Shown one piece after another: positions 23,094-32,307 of a DNA stretch of 64,000 bases; the stretch's first letter is position 1; each line of letters begins with the position of its first letter. This stretch comes from an uncultured Eubacteriales bacterium (GTDB taxonomy: Bacteria; Bacillota; Clostridia; Oscillospirales; Acutalibacteraceae): the NCBI GenBank assembly GCA_951801675.1, contig CATONX010000002.1:129038-193037 (forward strand), given 5' to 3'. The notes under the pieces are model-generated. The model was not told the origin of the DNA. It was given only the letters and a program-made list of their open reading frames with translations, and searched no databases. A program made the translations under genes and the position numbers.

Positions 23094-23356
23094 TGAAAAC
23101 AGCTGCCGGCCTCGATTGAAATCCGGTTTTTTCCCAGAAGGTTCGAAAGGATGGCAGCCTTCGCTGCACAAAAGGCCAACGCAGCCGGATGAAAAACGGC
23201 CTGCTCGAACATGCCTTGCAAAAGAGAGAACCCATCTGGGGAAAGGCTGCCGCAGAAGGCGCAAGCGAAATCCCTGAAAGAAAAGCCCGACAGCCGCGGC
23301 AAAGACCGGGTGGAGGGCACTTATCCACACATTTACAAGAACGGAGGGAATGCATC
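23094..23356 (+). pseudogene. Possible frameshifted remnant of a head-tail joining gene
   Basis: A 263-bp gap in an otherwise tightly packed module. Protein-like pieces are scattered over three frames (MKTAAGLD*, MAAFAAQKANAAG*, MKNGLLEHALQKREPIWGKAAAEGA...). Confidence 0.25.
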
Positions 23357-23731
23357 ATGCAGCCACAAACTGAGTTTTTGGAACAGGTATGCCGCACGGT
23401 AGACAGCTTTGGGCTTCCCTATGCCTGTACGGTTGGCCCCCTGCCGGAGCAAGGGGGAATCAGCGTTGAGCTGACGCAAGGAGAGACCCAGACCTATCTC
23501 AACCGGCAGGAATGCCACCGGCTTACCCTCTTGTTCCTGTGCAAACACCAAAATCAGAAAACGGCGATGGATATGGCAGCGACCATACGAAACCGTCTTT
23601 CCCGCCAGGAGCGTTATCCTGATGGGAAGACGTTTTCCTGGATCGGCCTGGAAGCCGGGGAACCGCAATTCAACGAAACCCAGGACGGCCATATCTATGC
23701 GCTTACAACCGAAGCCTTACTTTATTTTTAG
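23357..23731 (+). CDS. Phage minor-capsid/tail-completion-like protein
   Basis: Start MQPQTEF at 23357, 6 nt after GGAGGGA. 124 aa. The ORF-track extension from 23189 lacks coding character. Confidence 0.55.
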   Translation: MQPQTEFLEQVCRTVDSFGLPYACTVGPLPEQGGISVELTQGETQTYLNRQECHRLTLLFLCKHQNQKTAMDMAATIRNRLSRQERYPDGKTFSWIGLEAGEPQFNETQDGHIYALTTEALLYF

Positions 23732-23742
23732 GAGGTAATCTT

Positions 23743-24174
23743 TTGGAACTGAATTATAACATCAAGGCAGAACTTGACACGTCCAACAACGCCGCGCAGC
23801 CTGTTTGGTCCGATCTTGGCAAGACCATGACCAACCTGACCATGTCTCTCAACGAGGTGATGACCCAGTATTCCCGCCTGGCGGACAACGGCTGGGGCAG
23901 TACCGACGTGACCGGCGGCCAGTTCACCGTCACCTTCACCGGCCATAAGGTGGAAGGCGATCCGGTTTCCGACTACATCTTCAGCAACGATGTGGAGTAT
24001 AAGTTCGGCGACGCCCGCAAAACCAAGATGCGTCTGGTGTGGGGCACGAAGGCGATTGTCTGGAACGTGACCCTGGCCAACATCACCGAGGGCGGCGGCG
24101 ACGCCCAGCAGCCCAACGCCATTACCCTGACGGTTCACGGCAACGGCGCCCCCACCTTTGAAACCATTTCGTAA
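23743..24174 (+). CDS. Phage major tail (tube) protein
   Basis: TTG start with AGGAGG upstream; 143 aa; lies immediately upstream of the chaperone pair and the tape measure; a stem-loop follows the gene. Confidence 0.65.
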   Translation: MELNYNIKAELDTSNNAAQPVWSDLGKTMTNLTMSLNEVMTQYSRLADNGWGSTDVTGGQFTVTFTGHKVEGDPVSDYIFSNDVEYKFGDARKTKMRLVWGTKAIVWNVTLANITEGGGDAQQPNAITLTVHGNGAPTFETIS

Positions 24175-24180
24175 TCACTC

Positions 24181-24212
24181 GGAGGCGGGAAACATCCCGC
24201 CTCCCTCATTTT
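24181..24212 (+). terminator. Stem-loop (partial terminator) after the major tail gene
   Basis: GGAGGCGGGA / TCCCGCCTCC stem followed by CTCATTTT. Confidence 0.45.
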
Positions 24213-24226
24213 AAGGGAGATTTGTC

Positions 24227-24661
24227 ATGGCTTATTTGATTAAACGTACGTCGCATTTTACCGATGAATTGAAGTTCGCCACCGATTCCGGCGAGGTTGT
24301 GGCCTGCATTCCCGTGGACCTGGACATTGACCGGATCGCCCAGGACCTGTACAAGCGGTATTTTGACTTAATCCATGTTCAGCAGGAAACAGCGAAGCTG
24401 CGGGTACAGGAGCAAACCCCCGAGGCGCTGGCCGCCCAGATGGAAAAGCTTAATAACACGGTGGCGTCCTTGTACAATCTGCTCTTCGGCGAGGAGAACA
24501 CGTCCCGTATGCTTGCATTTTTCGATGGAAATTACACGGAGCTGCTTGCCCAGACCTATCCCTACCTGGTGGATGTGGTAATCCCCGCCATCCGGGAACG
24601 GGCAGACGCCAGGAAAAAGGAGCTCCTTGCAAAACAGCGGAAAAGCAAGTGGCGTCGGTAA
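24227..24661 (+). CDS. Phage tail assembly chaperone (gpG-like)
   Basis: 144 aa, acidic and helical, directly upstream of a -1-frame overlapping ORF and the tape measure gene. Confidence 0.55.
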   Translation: MAYLIKRTSHFTDELKFATDSGEVVACIPVDLDIDRIAQDLYKRYFDLIHVQQETAKLRVQEQTPEALAAQMEKLNNTVASLYNLLFGEENTSRMLAFFDGNYTELLAQTYPYLVDVVIPAIRERADARKKELLAKQRKSKWRR

Positions 24662-25233
24662 CGGTTCTCGGGAAACGATTCCGGCTGAATCTCGCGTACG
24701 ACGCCGTTCTTTCCTGCATCCAGGCGGGCCGGGACCCGGTGCTGGGCGATCTGGACAAGCTGGAGCTTTGCCTGGCGATCTTAGTCAAAAACAGGCGGGC
24801 ATTGCGCAGGCTGGGCCCTCAGGACAAAAGTAAGCTATACGAGGAAATCAGCTCGAAGCATCTCAATGTGATTTCCCGCAAGGCGCCCGGAAAGCAGGCT
24901 CAGCCGGTGTCCGATTTTGTGGAGGATTTCGATTTGATCTACAGCAGCTTCCGGTTCGCTTACGGTATCGATCTCAACCGGGAGCGAGGAAAGCTTTTAT
25001 GGAAGGAATTCTGCTGGCTCTTTGAAGGCCTGCCTCCCGGATGCAAAATGCGGGAGGTTATGGAAATTCGGGCCCGGAAGATTCCGTCTCCCACCAAATA
25101 CAACCAGGAAGAAATCCGGCAGCTCACCGAGCTCAAACAGTATTGGATGCTTCCTGCGTTTGGCCCGGGCAATTACCAGGAACAGTTGGAAGGTCTCTTT
25201 GAGGCGCTGTCCAGATTGGCGGTGAAAGCATGA
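24649..25233 (+). CDS. Phage Gp15-family / gpT-like tail chaperone
   Basis: 194 aa in the -1 frame relative to the preceding ORF, with a 13-nt overlap and a GTG start. The motif ...DFDLIYSSFRFAYGIDL... resembles the Gp15 family. Confidence 0.55.
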   Translation: MASVTVLGKRFRLNLAYDAVLSCIQAGRDPVLGDLDKLELCLAILVKNRRALRRLGPQDKSKLYEEISSKHLNVISRKAPGKQAQPVSDFVEDFDLIYSSFRFAYGIDLNRERGKLLWKEFCWLFEGLPPGCKMREVMEIRARKIPSPTKYNQEEIRQLTELKQYWMLPAFGPGNYQEQLEGLFEALSRLAVKA

Positions 25234-25370
25234 CGGAAATTCGCTGCCCTTACTGCGGGTGGCTGCTGCTCAAGGCGATTTGCGTCAACGGCGAGATCAA
25301 ATGCAAGCGATGTAAGCATACTGTTCGAATTATCTATCCAAAAGACAGAGTGAGCCGCACCGAAGAGTAG
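25230..25370 (+). CDS. Com-like zinc-ribbon small protein (46 aa; not in the ORF track)
   Basis: Own translation: MTEIRCPYCGWLLLKAICVNGEIKCKRCKHTVRIIYPKDRVSRTEE. It has two CxxC pairs, and its ATG overlaps the upstream TGA (ATGA). Confidence 0.5.
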   Translation: MTEIRCPYCGWLLLKAICVNGEIKCKRCKHTVRIIYPKDRVSRTEE

Positions 25371-25406
25371 CGAGCCATACCTGCAAGAGAAGGCAGGTGA
25401 AGGCAT

Positions 25407-27434
25407 TTGGCAGACAACGAAATCAAGTATCAAGCTCATATTAACGGAGAAGAAATTCTCATTCAAGTAAGAACGATCAACAAAAACATAGAACAGAGTG
25501 CAAAAGAGACCAGCCAAAAACTTGAGAACAATGCCAAGAAAACGGGGAAGACGCTGGTCGAGCAAACAAAAAAGACGGCGAAAGAAGTCAGCCAGAGCTA
25601 TCAGGACGAGGGCGCAAAGGTTGAGAAGGAAGCCGGAAAAACCAGCGGTAAGCTGGCCAAAATGGCAGTCGAAGCGAAGGATACGATTATTTCCAAAGCA
25701 AAAGAAGCAACGGGTATTACCGGAAATGTCTTTCTCGATGTGGGCAATGCAATGCTTGGCGTTGGTAAAATAGCGGTGGATATTGGCAAAAAGGCTGTGG
25801 AATCCGCTATAAATATGGATAAGGCGATGAATCAATTTCAAGCGTCCACCGGCAAGAGCGCAGAGGAGATGGACCGGTATCAGGATGTCTTGGAAAAGAT
25901 TTATGCCAACAACTACGGCAAGGATTTCGAAGAGATTGCCAACGGTATGGCACAGGTCACCAAAGGCATGGGGGATCTGCCGGACGAACAACTGCAGTCC
26001 ATTACCGAATCGGCATTTGCATTGCGCGATACCTTTCAATACGATCTGAATGATTCCATTGACGCGGCCAGTGCCATGGTCAAGCAGTTCGGCATTGACG
26101 GCGACCAGGCAATGAACCTGCTTGCGGCCGGCGCTCAAAACGGACTGGACAGTTCAGGCGAGCTGCTCGGGAACATCACCCAATACACCGAGCAGTTTGC
26201 AAAGGCGGGTTTCAGCGCCGACGACATGTTCAAAATCATGCAGGCGGGTGCGGATTCCGGCGCGTTTAGCCTGGAGACGGTGGCAGGCGCGCTTGACAAA
26301 ATGTCCGCCCGGATTGCCTCCGGTTCCGGGGAGGCGGCAGAAGGCTTTGCCGCTCTGGGCCTCAACGCGGACGATATGGCCGCCAAATTTGCCGCCGGCG
26401 GGGAGTCGGCGAAAGAAGCGTTCGACCAGACCATTGAGGCACTGGCCGGTATGGAAGACCCCCTTGCCCAGAGCCAGGCGGGGACAGCTCTCTTTGGCGA
26501 GGCATGGACGGAAATGGGTCCGGATGTGGTGGAGCAGCTGGCAAACATCCAGGCCGGCGCCTACGACACAGCCGACGCTATGGGTGTGATCAAAGAAGCA
26601 AAATCCGACGATTTGTCGTCCATGTTCGAGAAATTGCAGCGTCAGGTAGAACTGCTGCTGCTTCCTTTGGGAGAGGCACTGCTTCCTGTGCTGGAAAAGC
26701 TGCTTGGGGCTTGCCTGCCGCTGGTTGAGACCTTGGGGGATATACTGGCGCCTATTCTTGAGCAATTTGGCGAGATCATTGCCGTACTGATGATACCGCT
26801 CACCTCGCTGGTCGACATCATTGCCGATATTCTGCCTCCGATCATTGTCGCTCTGTCAGGCATTATGAAAAACGTGCTGGGCGTGGCGTTTGACTATATC
26901 GGAAATATGATCGGCAACGTGATGCAGGTGTTTCAGGGGATCATCGATTTTATTACCGGTGTTTTCACAGGAAACTGGGAACAGGCGTGGAACGGCATCA
27001 TCGACATCTTCAAGGGGATTTTTAATATCATCCCCACCATCATAGAGGCAATTTTAAACGGCGGTATTGGGATTATCAACGGTCTCATCGACGGCATCAA
27101 TTTCATCACCGGCGCGATCGGCATTCCTCCCATTCCGCACATTCCAAGCGTCCAGATTCCCCGTCTGAAAATCGGTCTCGACTATGTCCCAAGCGACTTT
27201 TTCCCGGCGTTTCTCGACGAGGGCGAGCGGGTGCTGACCAAGGAGGAAAACGTGCGCTTTAACGCTTTGGGCGGCCTGCCGGGCCTGGAAGCGGCCCTGT
27301 CCGGCTACGGAGTAGCCGGCGCGAGCCCTTCCTTCGCCATTTCCCTGGTGGGCGACGTGACCATGGACGGGCGCCGGGTAGGCAGCGTGGTGCTGCAGAA
27401 TATCGACAGCGTGGTGAGAAGCAATGGCGGTTGA
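25407..27434 (+). CDS. Phage tail tape measure protein
   Basis: 675 aa; helical Ala/Gly/Lys-rich N-terminus; a TP901-type core (NMDKAMNQFQASTGKSAEEM...); a hydrophobic Gly/Ile-rich C-terminal segment. Confidence 0.85.
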   Translation: MADNEIKYQAHINGEEILIQVRTINKNIEQSAKETSQKLENNAKKTGKTLVEQTKKTAKEVSQSYQDEGAKVEKEAGKTSGKLAKMAVEAKDTIISKAKEATGITGNVFLDVGNAMLGVGKIAVDIGKKAVESAINMDKAMNQFQASTGKSAEEMDRYQDVLEKIYANNYGKDFEEIANGMAQVTKGMGDLPDEQLQSITESAFALRDTFQYDLNDSIDAASAMVKQFGIDGDQAMNLLAAGAQNGLDSSGELLGNITQYTEQFAKAGFSADDMFKIMQAGADSGAFSLETVAGALDKMSARIASGSGEAAEGFAALGLNADDMAAKFAAGGESAKEAFDQTIEALAGMEDPLAQSQAGTALFGEAWTEMGPDVVEQLANIQAGAYDTADAMGVIKEAKSDDLSSMFEKLQRQVELLLLPLGEALLPVLEKLLGACLPLVETLGDILAPILEQFGEIIAVLMIPLTSLVDIIADILPPIIVALSGIMKNVLGVAFDYIGNMIGNVMQVFQGIIDFITGVFTGNWEQAWNGIIDIFKGIFNIIPTIIEAILNGGIGIINGLIDGINFITGAIGIPPIPHIPSVQIPRLKIGLDYVPSDFFPAFLDEGERVLTKEENVRFNALGGLPGLEAALSGYGVAGASPSFAISLVGDVTMDGRRVGSVVLQNIDSVVRSNGG

Positions 27435-28902
27435 ATGCTATATCAATAAAATACGCTATCCACTGGTGGATACGGTGGAGCTGTGCGACCATGCGGCGGC
27501 GACCTCGGAAAGCAGCATCCGGGTGGACATCCGGGGGCTGCCCGAGCCCCAGGCGCTGGATGTGGTTTACTTGTTCCGGGATGGCAGGCTTTTGTTCGGC
27601 GGGCTGTGCGGGATTCCCAGTTCCCCCGCCTGGACAAGTGCGTACACGCCCCAGCACTATGATCTGACCGTGTCCGGCATGAATAATCTGCTGACCCACC
27701 GCTATGTCAACAAGGCCTGGAGGGACAGCAGCCTCTACGACATTGTCATGGAGGTCTACGAGAGCATTCTGGCGCAGGATAACATCGCGCTGGGGGAAGT
27801 GTCCCAGGCGCTGACCGATTTGCCCCGGCAGGTCTATATCGCGCCGGATATGACGGCCTATGACGTATTAAACGAACTGGCGGGGCTGGTGGGGGCCGTG
27901 TGGGACATCAAGGCAAACCCGGATTGGACGGTATCCGATTACCTGTCCGGTTCGCAGGCCAATCCCTTCCGGTTTTCCTTCTGCTTAAAGGACGATTTTC
28001 CGGTGGTAACGGCGGATAAGCGCAACATATGCAGCCTGCAAAAAAATGTGGAAAGCTATGCGCTGCGTACGGTGCAGGTGGTAAACGGCGCCACCGGCGT
28101 GACGGATCCTCAGCAGGAAACCGTGGTCTACCATGCCGACGACGGCGTGGTTACGACGGTCTGGCCGGTCTATGACATGCCGTCCATCATCTACGGATCG
28201 CCTCCGGTTCAAGCGAAGGTCGGCGTTGCCGGGATTGACGACGAGGATGACACCGTGCAGTTCCTTTTTTCCTATAATTCCGCGGAAATCAAGGTCAACG
28301 ATGATGCAGTTGACCCGGTGCCGGACGGCGCCTTGGTAAGGATTTCGTACCGCGGGCTGTTCCAGCTGCGGGTGCGGGTGCGCAACAATCAAATGATTGA
28401 GGACATCGCCGCCCGCTCCGGGGTGTCCGGCATGCTTGAGGAAGTCGAGGTGGATGAGCGCATCACCGACGCCGCATCGCTGATCGATTATGCGACTACG
28501 GCGCTTTATAACAATTCCCAGCCGGAAACCACATTGGAAATCACCACCCGGAGCATGGAAGGAACCGAGCCCTTTACCATCTGGCGCTGCCAATTTCCGG
28601 AGTGCCGCATAAACGACGATTATGTAGTGGTGGAACGTACGGTTACCATTACGGGGGGCAGCCTGGACGTTGGGCTCAAATGCAAGGACCGGGGCTTTCT
28701 GACCGCCTACGGGAAAACCTTTTATAAACAGTATAAGGACGCGGCGGCCGGCATCCGGGAGGATGAAGTGGTCATTGCGTCCGACACCATCAGCACGGCG
28801 GTGACAGCCGCCGCGAAATTTGCGGCCAAAGCTCCGCTTGTCTGTTATGCGGGCGACGGACAGCCTTGGCTGTGGGGAGGGGATCACTACGCCCAATATT
28901 GA
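27424..28902 (+). CDS. Phage distal tail/baseplate protein (hypothetical)
   Basis: 492 aa, overlapping the tape-measure stop. Call is based on position; I recognise no specific family. Confidence 0.5.
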   Translation: MAVECYINKIRYPLVDTVELCDHAAATSESSIRVDIRGLPEPQALDVVYLFRDGRLLFGGLCGIPSSPAWTSAYTPQHYDLTVSGMNNLLTHRYVNKAWRDSSLYDIVMEVYESILAQDNIALGEVSQALTDLPRQVYIAPDMTAYDVLNELAGLVGAVWDIKANPDWTVSDYLSGSQANPFRFSFCLKDDFPVVTADKRNICSLQKNVESYALRTVQVVNGATGVTDPQQETVVYHADDGVVTTVWPVYDMPSIIYGSPPVQAKVGVAGIDDEDDTVQFLFSYNSAEIKVNDDAVDPVPDGALVRISYRGLFQLRVRVRNNQMIEDIAARSGVSGMLEEVEVDERITDAASLIDYATTALYNNSQPETTLEITTRSMEGTEPFTIWRCQFPECRINDDYVVVERTVTITGGSLDVGLKCKDRGFLTAYGKTFYKQYKDAAAGIREDEVVIASDTISTAVTAAAKFAAKAPLVCYAGDGQPWLWGGDHYAQY

Positions 28903-29308
28903 TGTACTGGCAGTAGGGCGCATCGGTGACGAGGACTATAACGGCGTCATCACGGATACCGCCATGAATGCGGTCACCGGTTTGTTTATGGGTTTACCGC
29001 CTATAGACTGTAAGCCTGCCTACATTGCCGTAGGAGATGGTACGGCTGCGGCCACCGCCACAGACACAGCACTTGCACACGAGACGGCAAGGTTCGCGGT
29101 TACACAGCTGACTCAGACAAACGGCATCACCACAGCGCTGCTCAATCTTCCAATCACGTCACAGGATCTGGAGATCAAAGAGGTAGGCGTGCTTACGAAG
29201 GACGGCGCTCTGCTCTGCCGTGCAAATGTAGAGATCGTAAAAAACCAAAACAACGTCATTAACATGATGTGGGTACTATCCATCGAAAGGGGGACGGGAA
29301 ATGCTTGA
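28847..29308 (+). CDS. Phage tail-collar fibre (DUF3751-like) protein; start uncertain
   Basis: The pattern AVGDGTAAATATDTALAHETARFAV...IKEVGVLTKDGALLCRANV matches the tail-collar fibre N-terminal domain. No good RBS; alternative start TTG at 28820. Confidence 0.5.
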   Translation: MRATDSLGCGEGITTPNIDVLAVGRIGDEDYNGVITDTAMNAVTGLFMGLPPIDCKPAYIAVGDGTAAATATDTALAHETARFAVTQLTQTNGITTALLNLPITSQDLEIKEVGVLTKDGALLCRANVEIVKNQNNVINMMWVLSIERGTGNA

Positions 29309-30224
29309 GGCATGGATTGCCACGACAAAAAAAGTGGTCGCACATGACAAGCGGTCCAACACCGATTACGAGTTTGAGAGCCGGTTCCCGGACGGGATTG
29401 ACGGAACCCCGTTTTCGGCGGCGGAGATGAACAAAATCATTGGCGCGGTCAATGCGTTGCCCAATGATAACCTGCTTCTGGACAGCCACTTTCGGCTGTG
29501 GGATGAGGGTACATCCTTTTCTGGTGCGTATACCTCCGGCGGGTACACGGCCACCCTCTGGTGGGTTAAGAACCTGTCCGGGGGAACCATCACCGTATCC
29601 AGGGCAGAGGGCGGTGGTATGAACATTCAGGGGACCGGAACCGTGCAGGTTTCCCAGCCCATTGAGGACGCGAAGCTGCTGGATGGCAAAACGGTGACGC
29701 TGTCCTGGTCGGTGGATGGTATGGAGCACGCAAAAACCTATGTCTTTGACGCATCCATATCCAACGCCGCCACTGTGGAGATTGCCTGCGGCGGCACGAT
29801 TAACTGGGTCAAGCTGGAACTTGGCGCATATGTGACGCCCTGCATGCCCCGGCCGCTCGTGCAAGAAAAGCAGTTGGCCATGCGGTATTTCTGGCAGACC
29901 TTTGAAGGAGAGTTGCCGTCGGGGCTGGGTGGTAAGATGTCCTATGTCTTTATGGCTGACGTCAACGGCGTCGCAGATGCGCTTTTTTGCGCGCCGATGC
30001 CCATGTACCGGGCTCCTACCGCGCGCCACTACACAGAGACGACCGGAGATGTGGATCAAGTATCGATCTATACGAGGGAAACAGGATATTATTCATCCGC
30101 TCCCAATATATCGCCATTTGCAAACAACCGCGTCCTTGGCCTGCGGTTAACCGGATGTACGCCAAACACCGTTGGTTTTATCGCTTGGCACGGCCGTTAT
30201 GATGCCCGTATGGAGGTGACTTGA
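29301..30224 (+). CDS. Phage tail fibre/receptor-binding-like protein (hypothetical)
   Basis: 307 aa, overlapping both neighbouring genes. Call rests on context only. Confidence 0.45.
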   Translation: MLEAWIATTKKVVAHDKRSNTDYEFESRFPDGIDGTPFSAAEMNKIIGAVNALPNDNLLLDSHFRLWDEGTSFSGAYTSGGYTATLWWVKNLSGGTITVSRAEGGGMNIQGTGTVQVSQPIEDAKLLDGKTVTLSWSVDGMEHAKTYVFDASISNAATVEIACGGTINWVKLELGAYVTPCMPRPLVQEKQLAMRYFWQTFEGELPSGLGGKMSYVFMADVNGVADALFCAPMPMYRAPTARHYTETTGDVDQVSIYTRETGYYSSAPNISPFANNRVLGLRLTGCTPNTVGFIAWHGRYDARMEVT

Positions 30225-31174
30225 TGCGTACCATTACACTGACTATCAAAAACGATATCTTAATCCCGTCAGACACGCTTGCAGGCCAGACCGGAGAACA
30301 CCAGGACACAAAATTGAAGGTCATACTGCCATCCGGCTGGAAAGGATGCGACGCATATACCCTGTGGTTTTGCAATTCGAGCGGCATGTATCAGACAGAG
30401 CAGCTGACAGAGCCGGTCAGCTACCTGCTGCCGGGTGGATTGCTGTGTCCTGGTAAGCTGGAGACGTGGCTGGAGGCCAGGACGGAAGATACGGTTCACC
30501 GTACCGGAAAAGCCGAGCTGTATGTTGTATCCTCTCCGGACTGGGAACGTGACCTAGCTCCCATACCAGACCGGTACGAGGGACTGGTGGCGGTCCCCCT
30601 GGGCATGTTTGAGGCGGGGATGACCAAGGTGGATGAAGTTTATGACGCATATTCCAGTGGAGCACTGAAGGGGGAACAGGGACTGCCTGGCGAACAAGGT
30701 CCTATGGGTCCCCAGGGCCCGAAAGGTGACAATGGCGAGGGAATTACGATTCTGGGTTCCTATGATACGCCCGATGAACTCAAACAGAACCATCCCGTTG
30801 GAAATCCGGGCGACGCTTATTTGGTAGCGGGCAACCTGTATGTATGGGACACGGCTACAGAGGCGTGGAAAGACGTGGGCAATATTCAGGGACCCAAGGG
30901 AGAGCCCGGCCTGCAGGGTCCTGCCGGTGAGACCGGTCCTCAAGGACCCAAAGGAGACAAGGGCGACCCCGGAGAGCAAGGCCTTCCAGGCCCGAAAGGA
31001 GAACCTGGGACAACCGGCCCCCAAGGGGCGACTGGCCCTGCCGGTCCCCAGGGCGTCAAAGGGGACCCGGGTGACAGCATCCAGGTAGTCGTGCTGGCGA
31101 ACAAGGCCGCATACGACGCGTTACCTGCCTCCAGCAAACAAGATGCTACTAAGATCTATGCTTGGGGGTGTTGA
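30224..31174 (+). CDS. Phage collagen-like tail fibre protein
   Basis: TGATG overlap with the upstream gene. Two G-X-Y segments (aa 150-172 and 223-283) flank a [24 protein letters not shown] motif. Confidence 0.75.
   Translation: MRTITLTIKNDILIPSDTLAGQTGEHQDTKLKVILPSGWKGCDAYTLWFCNSSGMYQTEQLTEPVSYLLPGGLLCPGKLETWLEARTEDTVHRTGKAELYVVSSPDWERDLAPIPDRYEGLVAVPLGMFEAGMTKVDEVYDAYSSGALKGEQGLPGEQGPMGPQGPKGDNGEGITILGSYDTPDELKQNHPVGNPGDAYLVAGNLYVWDTATEAWKDVGNIQGPKGEPGLQGPAGETGPQGPKGDKGDPGEQGLPGPKGEPGTTGPQGATGPAGPQGVKGDPGDSIQVVVLANKAAYDALPASSKQDATKIYAWGC
30671..31072 (+). repeat. Collagen G-X-Y coding repeats within the phage fibre gene (two blocks: 30671-30739 and 30890-31072)
   Basis: Encodes [24 protein letters not shown] and [61 protein letters not shown]. 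Confidence 0.8.
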
Positions 31175-31175
31175 T

Positions 31176-31622
31176 GTGCCGACGATGATACAGAATACGG
31201 AGATCGCGGGTATGGCATATTTGGGCAAGGAAATCTGCGGTCTGGCAGCCGGAGGAAACGTTGGGTTTGCAGCTGCGCCCATCATATACAGCGCAGATCT
31301 TGCGGAAACCTCCGTCCCCGCAAACACGCCATTTCACATCACGGCCAAACTTAACCGGATTTCCTCCCGGATGGTGGCGTTTAATTCGGGAGGCGGTGCT
31401 GGCATTGCGCAAGGCAATGTTTCCATTACCGAACTGCAAGACGGCACAAAGGAATATCATTCCACCATTGCCTTTGGCACTACAGGCTTACGGTCGATTG
31501 ATTTTTATGCCCGGGACGCAAGCAACAACCAGTCTGTCAGCTGTATTACCAAGACCATCACCATTACCGCAAACGCCAATGACGGTTCGCAGGCGGATGT
31601 GGACAAACCCATCAACGTATAG
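31176..31622 (+). CDS. Phage hypothetical protein (Ig-like fibre accessory?)
   Basis: GTG at 31176, 5 nt after GGGGGTG; alternative ATG at 31185. Thr/Ser-rich and beta-type in composition. Confidence 0.45.
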   Translation: MPTMIQNTEIAGMAYLGKEICGLAAGGNVGFAAAPIIYSADLAETSVPANTPFHITAKLNRISSRMVAFNSGGGAGIAQGNVSITELQDGTKEYHSTIAFGTTGLRSIDFYARDASNNQSVSCITKTITITANANDGSQADVDKPINV

Positions 31623-31638
31623 AGCAAGAGGTGACAAT

Positions 31639-32270
31639 ATGCGTATTATTGACCTGACCATTGAGGATGACACGCTCGTCCCGTCCGACTGCTTTGCCGG
31701 GCAAACAGGAGAACACCAGGACACGGCGCTGACCGTGACTCTGCCGGAGGAGTGGGCGGGTTTTACCTGTACGTTCCGGTTTTACATTCCCAGTCAGAAT
31801 AAGCATTATCAGACCGTGCCGCTGACAGACCCGGTTTCTTTCCCGCTTCCCCAGGCACTGATGGTGGCCGGAAAGCTGCTTTGCTACCTGGACGCCCGGA
31901 AGGATAATACCATCCATCGAACCCGTGCGGCTACCCTACTGGTGGAGGAGTCCCCCGATTGGGGCAGTACGGTGGAGTCGGTTGCCAATCCCTATGAGGG
32001 GCTGGCTGAGGTGTCCTGAGAGGACGTTGCCGACGCCCTTGGATGAATGCTTCCCAAGGACCGTCAGGAACCCCGGGTGACGTATGACCACATCCCCGTA
32101 TCCCTGCGGGCTTGGCCATCAGCACGGGACAAAACTGGAGAAACGGCAATGGCTCCATATTCATGGGGCCGGACGGTGCGATCAAATGTCTGACATACAT
32201 TCTCCAGCTCTCCTGCCCGAATGGATACCGGTTTTATTTGAAGCGGCACCCATGCGAAATGCATAATCCT
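31639..32270 (+). pseudogene. Truncated, frameshifted second copy of the collagen-like tail fibre gene
   Basis: The intact part, 31639-32019, is a paralogue of the N-terminal 125 aa of the 30224 gene (shared [22 protein letters not shown]). Downstream frames carry fragments such as QGPSGTPGD and GQNWRNGNGSIFMGPDGAI. Confidence 0.55.
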
Positions 32271-32274
32271 TTAG

Positions 32275-32307
32275 GAAGGCCAAGCGCAAAACTTGCGCTT
32301 GGCCTTC
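32275..32307 (+). terminator. Terminator at the right end of the prophage remnant
   Basis: 15-bp stem GAAGGCCAAGCGCAA / TTGCGCTTGGCCTTC. Confidence 0.5.

Noticed and set aside
25173-30059. Long minus-strand ORFs (25173-26138, 26154-26765, 27985-28923, 29259-30059) across the phage tail genes
   Set aside because: All are antisense to tightly packed, translationally coupled plus-strand phage genes, and all have Arg/Gly/His-rich shadow-frame composition.
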